This document shows positions 35,649 through 42,230 of a stretch of DNA of 42,230 nucleotides, in pieces. A model generated the notes under the pieces. The model made no database searches, had not been told where the DNA came from, and saw nothing but the letters and a program-made list of their open reading frames with translations. How positions within the stretch are numbered: the first letter of the stretch is position 1; each line of letters begins with the position of its first letter. Position numbers and translations under genes: made by a program. The DNA is from a virus (Duplodnaviria > Caudoviricetes), in the IMG/VR virus record IMGVR_UViG_3300012940_001448, positions 1-42,230 of that record. One strand, 5' to 3'.

Positions 35649-35873
35649 GTGAGCATCAATCGCCTCCTGCCACGTTCTGATTGGGAGGCGAAGCTTCGCC
35701 GATGGGGCTGCAAGCCCTTGGAGGGCAAAGGTCCGCTAAACACCGCCGAATGGTGGATAGGGCGTTACGGACCCTTCACTGTACCCACGGAAGGGGATGA
35801 TCAGTGTGAGTTCTGGGCCTTGCAGCGCATATGCAAGGCTAATGGCATCCCCCCTCACAAAGCAGAAGAATAG
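35649..35873 (+). CDS. HicA-like small toxin (divergent)
   Basis: KLRRWGC..GKG..FTVP..LQRICKANGI pattern; next to the HicB-like gene. Confidence 0.5.
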   Translation: MSINRLLPRSDWEAKLRRWGCKPLEGKGPLNTAEWWIGRYGPFTVPTEGDDQCEFWALQRICKANGIPPHKAEE

Positions 35874-35897
35874 AACCCCGCTCCGGCGGGGTTTTTT
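35874..35897 (+). terminator. Terminator of the cI operon
   Basis: AACCCCGC-TCCG-GCGGGGTT followed by a T-run. Confidence 0.85.
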
Positions 35898-35937
35898 ATT
35901 GCCCGGATCCGGCCGTTAGCAGGTGCCTGCAAAAAAA

Positions 35938-35994
35938 CTGGAATTATTTTCCAGTTTAGTGTTGACACGTTTCCAGTCTGGAATTATTTTCCAG
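35938..35994 (+). promoter_or_regulatory. PL promoter with two identical 17-bp operators
   Basis: CTGGAATTATTTTCCAG at 35938 and 35978; TTGACA (35962)-17bp-TATTTT (35985). Confidence 0.85.
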
Positions 35995-36037
35995 ATACAC
36001 GGTCGCTGAACAAACGAGACCGGACGGAGACGACGAG

Positions 36038-36193
36038 ATGACAAACCAAGAAGCACGCGAAGTCTTCAACCAGGCGATCGCCGCCACGGCAGATGCTGAC
36101 AAGATCGCTCGCATCGAGCTGGTGCGCGAGTTCTTCACCAACCCTGCTTTTCGCAAGTCGCTCGAAGATCACGTCTGGGACCTCACCCAGTGA
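36038..36193 (+). CDS. First early-left gene (51 aa)
   Basis: GGAG RBS; MTNQEAREVFNQAIAATADADKIARIELVREFFTNP.. Confidence 0.65.
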   Translation: MTNQEAREVFNQAIAATADADKIARIELVREFFTNPAFRKSLEDHVWDLTQ

Positions 36194-36396
36194 GGTACGA
36201 GCCAAAAGCTCTCCCGGATATGCCGGGGGAGCTTGGGCGGGTCCTTCGTTGCGTGACCATGGCAATGGGCTGCATCAGCCCGCTCAGCGAGAATCCGGAC
36301 GAACGGCTTGCATGGTACCGCCTAAGCGACGCTCTTGAAGGAAGAGAGCCTCGCCCCTGCATCGAACAAATCAATGAAGCGCGAGGTGAGCAATGA
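36190..36396 (+). CDS. Hypothetical protein
   Basis: GTGA coupling. Confidence 0.55.
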   Translation: MRYEPKALPDMPGELGRVLRCVTMAMGCISPLSENPDERLAWYRLSDALEGREPRPCIEQINEARGEQ

Positions 36397-36779
36397 ACGT
36401 CCACACCGGCCTTGCCCGAACTGCCCGCAAGGCTCCTGTCAGCTCGCATGAGCGGACGCTGACCTACACCTTCGAAGAACTGCCGACGATCATCAGCGAT
36501 GACGGGTTTGAGCTTGCTCCTGTCAGTGGCTCTGCAGAGATCACCTACCGCGGCTATTACGATTTCGAGGTTGACGCGATCTATCTCGACGGCTCGCGAA
36601 ACAAGACACCGGCTGAGCTGATTGCCGAGCCGAACGGCCGCTTCATCTTCCAGCAGATCAAGCTCGATCAGCGTGAGCACCAGACGCTCTGGTGCGCGAT
36701 CTCCGATCAACTGACGGATGGGTCGTTCCGGTGGAAGGTTGAGAGCGCCATTCAAGAAGCGTTGGATTGGGAGGAGTGA
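36393..36779 (+). CDS. Acidic hypothetical protein
   Basis: GAGG RBS, ATGA coupling. Confidence 0.7.
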   Translation: MNVHTGLARTARKAPVSSHERTLTYTFEELPTIISDDGFELAPVSGSAEITYRGYYDFEVDAIYLDGSRNKTPAELIAEPNGRFIFQQIKLDQREHQTLWCAISDQLTDGSFRWKVESAIQEALDWEE

Positions 36780-36780
36780 C

Positions 36781-37083
36781 ATGACGCAGCACACTCCGGG
36801 GCCTTGGAAGTTTGGCGACACTTCACCCGAGATCCGAATGATCTTGGGTGGTGAGGACGAGCGATACGTTGCCACCATCCAAATAGCGCAAAAGCCTCGC
36901 CACATGGGCTTGCTTTATGAGGCGGAGCGTGAAGCTAACGCGACGCTGCTCTTAGCAACGTTAGACATGTACGAGGCGCTGAAAGACGCCGAAGCCGCAA
37001 TCGTGCATCTGAACGGCGAGATCGCCTGTGAAGAAACGTTGCACGCAATCCGGTCCGCCCTCGCAAAAGCGGAGGGCAAATGA
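36781..37083 (+). CDS. Phage protein (HTPGPW family)
   Basis: MTQHTPGPW..EANATL..MYEAL..ALAKAEG. Confidence 0.8.
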   Translation: MTQHTPGPWKFGDTSPEIRMILGGEDERYVATIQIAQKPRHMGLLYEAEREANATLLLATLDMYEALKDAEAAIVHLNGEIACEETLHAIRSALAKAEGK

Positions 37084-37223
37084 CCGCTCTCCCCTACGCA
37101 CTCTACATCATCGTTATCGCGTTCCACGTCTCTCGCCTTGTGGCGATTGTGCGAAGGCGGACCAACCGGCTTCGCCTACTCAGTGAACCCCGTAGAAACA
37201 GCCGACTGGTGATCCATGACTGA
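37080..37223 (+). CDS. Small TM peptide (47 aa)
   Basis: GGAGG RBS, ATGA coupling, hydrophobic N-terminus then Arg-rich. Confidence 0.45.
   Translation: MTALPYALYIIVIAFHVSRLVAIVRRRTNRLRLLSEPRRNSRLVIHD
37159..37215. repeat. Junction palindrome element, copy 2
   Basis: GGACCAACCGGCTTCGCCTACTCAGT..CCGACTGGTGATCC. Confidence 0.65.
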
Positions 37224-37485
37224 GCAAGTGATGAAGTGGCAGTCGATAGAGACCGCGCCGAAGGATGGGACGATAGTGCTTGTCTGCGGGGTCGGCTGCG
37301 ACGGCTATTTCGTCGCTGACGTTAAGTGGCATGGCGACCATTGTTTGATGTTCGACCCATGCACTGACGGCTATTCGATTGAAACCGACTTGCCGACGCA
37401 CTGGATGCCGCTTCCCCCACCGCCGTCCGATCACCAGTCGGATGGTGCGTCATCGGAAGCAGTTAGCGCAGCGGATGGTCAATAA
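37216..37485 (+). CDS. DUF551-like protein
   Basis: WQSIETAPKDGT..PTHWMPLPPPP. Confidence 0.85.
   Translation: MTEQVMKWQSIETAPKDGTIVLVCGVGCDGYFVADVKWHGDHCLMFDPCTDGYSIETDLPTHWMPLPPPPSDHQSDGASSEAVSAADGQ
37428..37480. repeat. Junction palindrome element, copy 3
   Basis: GATCACCAGTCGGATG identical to 483-498; AGCGCAGCGG at the same 36-bp offset. Confidence 0.7.
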
Positions 37486-37486
37486 C

Positions 37487-37609
37487 ATGCACGCACGTCT
37501 CTCACAGATCATCGGACCTGATGATGTCGGCGCTGTCCTCTGCCTCTTAGTCAATTCTGTATTGGTGGCAATGACAGTCTTTAACTGGGTTTGGTTTTTG
37601 ACACTTTAG
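37487..37609 (+). CDS. Small TM peptide (40 aa), AT-rich
   Basis: MHARLSQIIGPDDVGAVLCLLVNSVLVAMTVFNWVWFLTL; no clear RBS. Confidence 0.4.
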   Translation: MHARLSQIIGPDDVGAVLCLLVNSVLVAMTVFNWVWFLTL

Positions 37610-37658
37610 ACAACCCGCTGCGCTGATCACCATTTGCGCAGATGCGTCTCGCAGGTGA
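37609..37658. repeat. Junction palindrome element, copy 4
   Basis: GACAACCCGCTGCGCTGATCACCATT is the reverse complement of 509-534 at 24/26. Confidence 0.7.
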
Positions 37659-37672
37659 ACTAACACTGAGTT

Positions 37673-37891
37673 GTGGAGAGAAAATTGGCTTGCACAAGAA
37701 AAGAGGTCGCCAACGCGATCCTCGCAATCACCTACACCGAGATGATGGAGATGGCTGACGAGATGGCCAGCTCATCAAGATTGTCAGCAGAGGACAATCA
37801 ACCATTTGACCCGTGCGATCGGGATCAGGTCGCAGACAGACTACGATGGTGGGCAGAAAATTATATCGAGGATTCGAAGGACAAAAAATGA
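37673..37891 (+). CDS. Hypothetical protein
   Basis: 72 aa, coupled to the next gene. Confidence 0.55.
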   Translation: MERKLACTRKEVANAILAITYTEMMEMADEMASSSRLSAEDNQPFDPCDRDQVADRLRWWAENYIEDSKDKK

Positions 37892-38109
37892 CTGACGAGA
37901 CCGTGAAGATTGAGAAGAACATCCCCATGCCGAGGCGGGGTCGCGAACTTCCTTTTGAGGAAATGGAGATCGGGGATTCGTTCCAAATTCCGGATGGGCT
38001 TAAGCCCGAGTATGCGCGAACCATGGTTACTCAAGCGCAGAAACGCCTATCAAGAAAGTTCTCTCTGCGTCGGTTTGGTGATCGGTACCGTTGCTGGCGA
38101 ACAGCATAG
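37888..38109 (+). CDS. Small putative DNA-binding phage protein
   Basis: KIEKNIPMP..PFEEMEIGDSF..RCWR family pattern. Confidence 0.75.
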   Translation: MTDETVKIEKNIPMPRRGRELPFEEMEIGDSFQIPDGLKPEYARTMVTQAQKRLSRKFSLRRFGDRYRCWRTA

Positions 38110-38173
38110 CCGGTCTCGGATCACCAGTCATGACAGCGAGGCAAACTCAAATGATCAGCGCAGCGGTTGGTCC
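38108..38173. repeat. Junction palindrome element, copy 5
   Basis: GGATCACCAGTC (38118)..TGATCAGCGCAGCGGTTGGTCC (38152-38173). Confidence 0.7.
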
Positions 38174-38327
38174 CAAACCTAAAGGCCCCACAGCCAAGGC
38201 CCACAGGATAACGGCACTCAAGAAGTGCATCCAGATCATCCAGGAATGCGGGAAGCCAAAGAGACGCCCCATCAAGAAGACGCACAGAGCGTTGCTGGAG
38301 AGCTTGAAGAAGGAAGGGATCATTTGA
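38130..38327 (+). CDS. Basic hypothetical protein
   Basis: Lys-rich ORF; start 38130 or 38151. Confidence 0.5.
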   Translation: MTARQTQMISAAVGPKPKGPTAKAHRITALKKCIQIIQECGKPKRRPIKKTHRALLESLKKEGII

Positions 38328-38585
38328 ATGAGCCCGAAAGCCGCCCAGACAGTGGAAGAGATTGTTCGGACAATAGAGGTCGATAACAGACGGCATAGGC
38401 TGGAGAACTTCTATCTCCCCAACATCGTCACCCGATACGACGCCACCGTAAACGATGGCCTTCCATGGGAAGCGTTCCCTGAGAACTGGGAGCCGTTCGA
38501 TCCCATCGGATTTGGCGAGACCGAGGAAGAAGCAATCTGGGACCTGCAGAGACAGACGGAGGACGACTACGATGCTGCAGAGTGA
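38328..38585 (+). CDS. Hypothetical phage protein
   Basis: GFGETEEEAIWDL motif. Confidence 0.7.
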   Translation: MSPKAAQTVEEIVRTIEVDNRRHRLENFYLPNIVTRYDATVNDGLPWEAFPENWEPFDPIGFGETEEEAIWDLQRQTEDDYDAAE

Positions 38586-39303
38586 ATCAATCAAAGAGCT
38601 GACCGGGGCGCTTGTGAAGGCGCAGGCCGCAATGAAATCCGCTCACTTCAACAAGCAGAACCCGCACTTCAAGTCGAAGTATGCCGACATGAATGCCGTT
38701 CTGGAGGCTGTTCGCAAGCCGCTTCTGGATAATGGACTGGCGGTGACGCAGACGACCGAGATCCGCAATGGGGTGTTTTGCCTCGTTACCCGGCTGGCCC
38801 ACGCTTCTGGCGAATGGATCGCTGGTGAATACCCCCTCCCCCAGAACGGGCGCCCACATGAGATCGGGAGCGCGATCACGTACGCCAAGCGCTATTCCAT
38901 CTCTGCCATTGCCGGCATCTCAGCAGACGAGGACGATGACGGCAATGCGGCGCAGGATGCCAAGCCGACAGTAACCGAGATCAAGCGCCCCAATCCTCAC
39001 GCCACGCAGCCGCGTGATGTCAACGAATTTGAGGTGCGGACAGACGAAAACGGCGAGCAGATTGATTGCATCCCGGTTTGGAAGCACCGGGACGTGCACA
39101 AGCTGAAGGTCGTGGATGCCCGTCCGGTCGCGGAAACGCTGCTTAAGGCCATGCGCATGTCCGAGACCGTCGCCGACCTGATCCAATTCGCGAACAGCAA
39201 TGCCCGGGAGTTCGCCAAGCTGCCGGAGAAGTGGATCGATATGTACCAGGGCGAATATCAGTCGCTGCTGGATGAACTTCGCGCAAACAAGAAAGCAGCA
39301 TAA
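38572..39303 (+). CDS. erf: ERF-family single-strand annealing recombinase
   Basis: NPHFKSKYAD..HASGEW..GSAITYAKRY..DEDDDGN. Confidence 0.93.
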   Translation: MLQSESIKELTGALVKAQAAMKSAHFNKQNPHFKSKYADMNAVLEAVRKPLLDNGLAVTQTTEIRNGVFCLVTRLAHASGEWIAGEYPLPQNGRPHEIGSAITYAKRYSISAIAGISADEDDDGNAAQDAKPTVTEIKRPNPHATQPRDVNEFEVRTDENGEQIDCIPVWKHRDVHKLKVVDARPVAETLLKAMRMSETVADLIQFANSNAREFAKLPEKWIDMYQGEYQSLLDELRANKKAA

Positions 39304-39740
39304 TGGCCGGTTCAATCAACAAAGTTATCCTTGTCGGCGCGCTTGGGCGCGATCCAGAAATCAGGCGCACCCAAGACGGTCGCCCAATCGCAAACTTGTC
39401 AGTCGCAACCTCAGAGGCGTGGCGGGACAAGTCTACTGGCGAACGCAAAGAAAAGACTGAATGGCACCGGGTTGTCGTGTTTCAGGAGGGGCTCTGCAAG
39501 GTCATCGAGCAGTACCTGAAGAAGGGCAGCAAGGTTTACATTGAGGGTGCCTTGCAGACACGGAAGTGGACCGACAAGGACGGCGTTGAAAAGTATTCGA
39601 CTGAGGTCGTCCTGCAGGGGTTCAACTCAACCATCGCCATGCTTGATGGGCGCGGAGAAGGCGATAAGCCCGAGCCGGGCGGCGCTGGACACCGCCCATC
39701 CATGGCCGGCTCTGACATGAACGACGAAATTCCTTTTTAG
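39303..39740 (+). CDS. ssb: Single-stranded DNA-binding protein
   Basis: INKVILVG.LGRDPE..TEWHRVV..LQTRKW..DEIPF. Confidence 0.97.
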   Translation: MAGSINKVILVGALGRDPEIRRTQDGRPIANLSVATSEAWRDKSTGERKEKTEWHRVVVFQEGLCKVIEQYLKKGSKVYIEGALQTRKWTDKDGVEKYSTEVVLQGFNSTIAMLDGRGEGDKPEPGGAGHRPSMAGSDMNDEIPF

Positions 39741-39747
39741 GTGACAC

Positions 39748-40155
39748 ATGGACGCCGAACACTGCGAAGCGAAGAAACACGCCTATCGGCAGACGCAGGA
39801 TGGTGTTGTTGTGTCCTTTGTCCTGCACCCTAATGAGGTCCCGGAGGGGCTGGCCACCGCAGCCCTTGGCACTCGGTACATGCTGGCTGTCGTTGAGATC
39901 GGAGACGATGAACAGCCAAAGAAGCCTAACCGCTACGTGCAGCAGGCGGGCATCTTGTCTGGGGATGAGGCGTTTAGAACCTTCGCTATCCAGACATGCC
40001 CGAATATCTGGGCTGAATCTGACTCCGACCCCGCTGAATTTATCCGGCAATACTGCGAAGTGAAGTCGCGTGCAGATCTCGCGCATGACAAGCATGGTCA
40101 GAAAGAGTTTGAGAAAATGACCGCTCGCTTTGAGTCATGGAGGCGCGGATTATGA
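39748..40155 (+). CDS. Hypothetical phage protein
   Basis: 135-aa ORF, YCEVKSRADL motif. Confidence 0.75.
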   Translation: MDAEHCEAKKHAYRQTQDGVVVSFVLHPNEVPEGLATAALGTRYMLAVVEIGDDEQPKKPNRYVQQAGILSGDEAFRTFAIQTCPNIWAESDSDPAEFIRQYCEVKSRADLAHDKHGQKEFEKMTARFESWRRGL

Positions 40156-40493
40156 TCAAACGCCCTCGCCGCCATGACGACCGTCATTTGGATTTCGTCC
40201 GCGCCCTTCCCTGCGTGGTTTGCGGCAACGACATTGAAACAGAGGCTGCGCACATTCGTTACGGAGACCGGAGAGCCGCAAAAGGCAATCCAGGTATGGG
40301 CGCCAAGCCGGATGACTCATGGACCGTTCCGTTATGCGGACGGCACCACAGAGAGCAGCATGCGATGAATGAGAAGCTGTTCTGGGAAGAACACGAGATC
40401 GACCCGCTGTTTGTGGCACTGGCGCTGTCCAATGTCACGGGGGACACGGAGTCCGGGCTGATGATCGTGAGCAATGCGCGGGTGAAGGCATGA
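40152..40493 (+). CDS. DUF968-like HNH nuclease-fold protein
   Basis: LPCVVCG..AAHIR..KPDD.WTVPLC..HH.EQH. Confidence 0.82.
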   Translation: MIKRPRRHDDRHLDFVRALPCVVCGNDIETEAAHIRYGDRRAAKGNPGMGAKPDDSWTVPLCGRHHREQHAMNEKLFWEEHEIDPLFVALALSNVTGDTESGLMIVSNARVKA

Positions 40494-40867
40494 CCGGCTT
40501 CTATAACATGGACCAGGCCGCAGAGCAGCTTCACAAAAGCCGCCGCTGGCTTCAGGATTGGCTCAGGGACCACCCCGCCGATGCGTTCGGCATCCCGTTT
40601 TACAGTCCACTCGGACGCACCAAGACATTTGATGACAAGGATCTGGAGCGCATTCGGGCCACCGCCAAAGAGGAAGAACGATGCCGCTTAAACTCATCCC
40701 GCCGTCCCCGAAGCGGAGAACGCCGAATTATTCGGTCCGCGGGACCCACCTCGGATGCTATATTGACCGAAGCCTTGGCACGAGCGAAAAAAATCTCGCC
40801 AAGAAGCTCCTCCGCGAGCTTGAGAAAGACATCGAACGTGGTGCCGTTACCGGCAAGGGCGCGGTAG
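40490..40867 (+). CDS. xis: Excisionase-like HTH protein
   Basis: YNMDQAAEQLHKSRRWL; directly upstream of and overlapping the integrase. Confidence 0.7.
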   Translation: MTGFYNMDQAAEQLHKSRRWLQDWLRDHPADAFGIPFYSPLGRTKTFDDKDLERIRATAKEEERCRLNSSRRPRSGERRIIRSAGPTSDAILTEALARAKKISPRSSSASLRKTSNVVPLPARAR

Positions 40868-41697
40868 GCTTCGCATCTGCGGCCAACGCCTACATGAAGG
40901 CTGGCGGCGAGAACAAATACCTCAGCCCGCTCATTGCTCACTTCAAGCACACGCCGCTCATTGATATCGAGCAGACGGCCATCGACAATGCGGCGGCTGA
41001 GATCTACCCGAACGCATCGCCGGCCACGCTAAACAGGCAGGTTTATACGCCGATATCGGCAGTTCTAAAGCGGGCTGGCATTGAACGAAAGATCAAGCGT
41101 CCGATCGGCTGGCGGGGCAACCGAATGACCCATTGGCTAACCGCCGAGCAAGCCTTCTCAATCTTCGACGCGGTTGCGAAGATCAAAGCCACTGAGAGAA
41201 CGAAGTTGTACTTCCGGGCCTTGCTGATCCTCTACTGCTACACCGGCATGAGGCTTAGCGATGCTTTGGGAATGAAGGCTGGCAATGTCGATTTAGAGGC
41301 CAAGACCGCCCTGCTCTACACCACTAAGAACGGCAAGCCTCGGTTGGTGTACCTGCCCGACGTGGTTGTTGACGCGCTCAGGACGCTCCCGATGGGGGAG
41401 CCAGACAGCCGCGTATTCCCGTTCCACAAGAGCAGCCGGCTTTACACTTGGCTGAAGTTGACCTGCGAGTCCGCCGGCGTCGTTCTGCCCCCGAGAGTTT
41501 CGTTCCATGTCTTCTGCCACACCTGGGCGACGTGGATGCGACAGCACGGCGGCTTGGACACCTACGACCTCATCAAGACCGACCGCTGGGCCGACGCCGA
41601 ATCAGCCAACCGATATTCACATGTTGTTGTGAATGACATCGCCAAGCGCGCCGAACTGCTCCCGGTCGGCCCTAAAAAGAAGGATAATGCAGCATGA
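40681..41697 (+). CDS. int: Tyrosine integrase
   Basis: TGMRLSD, TKNG, HVFCHTWATW, terminal RYSH; adjacent to att. Confidence 0.93.
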   Translation: MPLKLIPPSPKRRTPNYSVRGTHLGCYIDRSLGTSEKNLAKKLLRELEKDIERGAVTGKGAVGFASAANAYMKAGGENKYLSPLIAHFKHTPLIDIEQTAIDNAAAEIYPNASPATLNRQVYTPISAVLKRAGIERKIKRPIGWRGNRMTHWLTAEQAFSIFDAVAKIKATERTKLYFRALLILYCYTGMRLSDALGMKAGNVDLEAKTALLYTTKNGKPRLVYLPDVVVDALRTLPMGEPDSRVFPFHKSSRLYTWLKLTCESAGVVLPPRVSFHVFCHTWATWMRQHGGLDTYDLIKTDRWADAESANRYSHVVVNDIAKRAELLPVGPKKKDNAA

Positions 41698-41714
41698 ACG
41701 CAGCGAGAACATTG

Positions 41715-41734
41715 TCCACGGATAGTCCACGGAT
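41715..41734. promoter_or_regulatory. Putative integrase arm-type sites, right
   Basis: TCCACGGAT direct repeat with an 11-bp period. Confidence 0.6.
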
Positions 41735-41822
41735 CGAAGCGTCTGGTTTGCGCTATGTTCTGCTTGTAGCTGCCGAGCGGCCAGCAGCCATGCCCATTAA
41801 CTCCTTTGAAAACAAAGGAGAA

Positions 41823-41873
41823 AATGGTGGGCGCGACAGGGATCGAACCTGTGACCCCTCCCGTGTGAAGGGA
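41823..41873. repeat. att core, right copy
   Basis: 50/51 match to 342-392. Confidence 0.95.
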
Positions 41874-41899
41874 GTGCTCTCCCGCTGAGCTACGCGCCC
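41825..41899 (-). tRNA. tRNA-Val (CAC)
   Basis: GGGCGCGTAGCTCAGCGGGAGAGCACTCCCTTCACACGGGAGGGGTCACAGGTTCGATCCCTGTCGCGCCCACCA forms a full cloverleaf. Confidence 0.97.
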
Positions 41900-41954
41900 G
41901 CCCTAAGCCGCCGCTTGTAGTGGGCGACGCCAAAGTGTCAAGCGCCCTCGCCGC

Positions 41955-42230
41955 CTACCAGCTGCGGCCGGTCTGATACCGCACATAGCCGCCGACCTTG
42001 ACGCAGCTGCCGGTACCCTCAAGCTGGCGAAAGCCCGCGCCGTATTCAGAGCAGGCTTTGGTCTTCGCCTTCGCCTCCGATTTCGGGGCCGCCTTGGTGG
42101 CAACTCTCGCCTTCGGGCTCATGATGGTCTCGCCACCCAGCGCGCTGCGGCCTTCCGCGGCAGCGGATGTCGCCGGCAGCGACAGAGCCAGCCAGGACAG
42201 GCTCATCACAACAAGGGCGGTTCTGGTCAT
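41955..42230 (-). CDS. Small exported protein with alphaproteobacterial porin N-terminal motif (host)
   Basis: Signal peptide; CSEYGAGF..GTGSCVKVGGYVR. Confidence 0.7.
   Translation of the reverse strand: MTRTALVVMSLSWLALSLPATSAAAEGRSALGGETIMSPKARVATKAAPKSEAKAKTKACSEYGAGFRQLEGTGSCVKVGGYVRYQTGRSW

Larger units (their letters stand above)
342..41873. mobile_element. Temperate prophage (podovirus-like, P22-type tail) integrated in tRNA-Val
   Basis: 51-bp direct repeats at both ends, adjacent tyrosine integrase, and a full set of lysogeny, replication, packaging, virion and lysis genes. Confidence 0.95.

Noticed and set aside
40681-40867. Long xis/int overlap (and the 29553-29683 replication gene overlap)
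   Set aside because: Out-of-frame tail overlaps of this kind are common in temperate phages; no evidence of recoding.

Overview
The window is almost entirely one apparently complete ~41.5 kb temperate prophage (342-41873). It is integrated into the 3' end of a tRNA-Val(CAC) gene of an alphaproteobacterium, probably Hyphomicrobiales/Rhizobiales (inferred from GcrA, Omp25/RopB and Porin_2-type genes). Host flanks are a HigA antitoxin on the left and a small porin-like gene on the right. The phage has a lambda-like CI/Cro switch with 17-bp operators. The minus-strand arm runs early-right, replication, terminase, portal, capsid, P22-like short tail, ejection proteins, fibres and lysis. The plus-strand early-left arm carries ERF, SSB, Xis and integrase, and continues across att into a run of small accessory genes. 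The most unusual signals are: (1) a family of 55-75 bp imperfect palindromes and their decayed cores at the junctions of the small accessory genes, often supplying the stop and start codons, which resembles a gene-cassette array; (2) a 78-nt non-canonical cloverleaf ending in GCCA; (3) three tandem H-type pseudoknots in the scaffold leader; (4) CUCC-loop hairpin clusters before terminators; (5) a tail protein with an apparent signal peptide; (6) an alpha/beta hydrolase inside the lysis cassette. All product calls come from motif recognition and gene order by eye; no searches were run.
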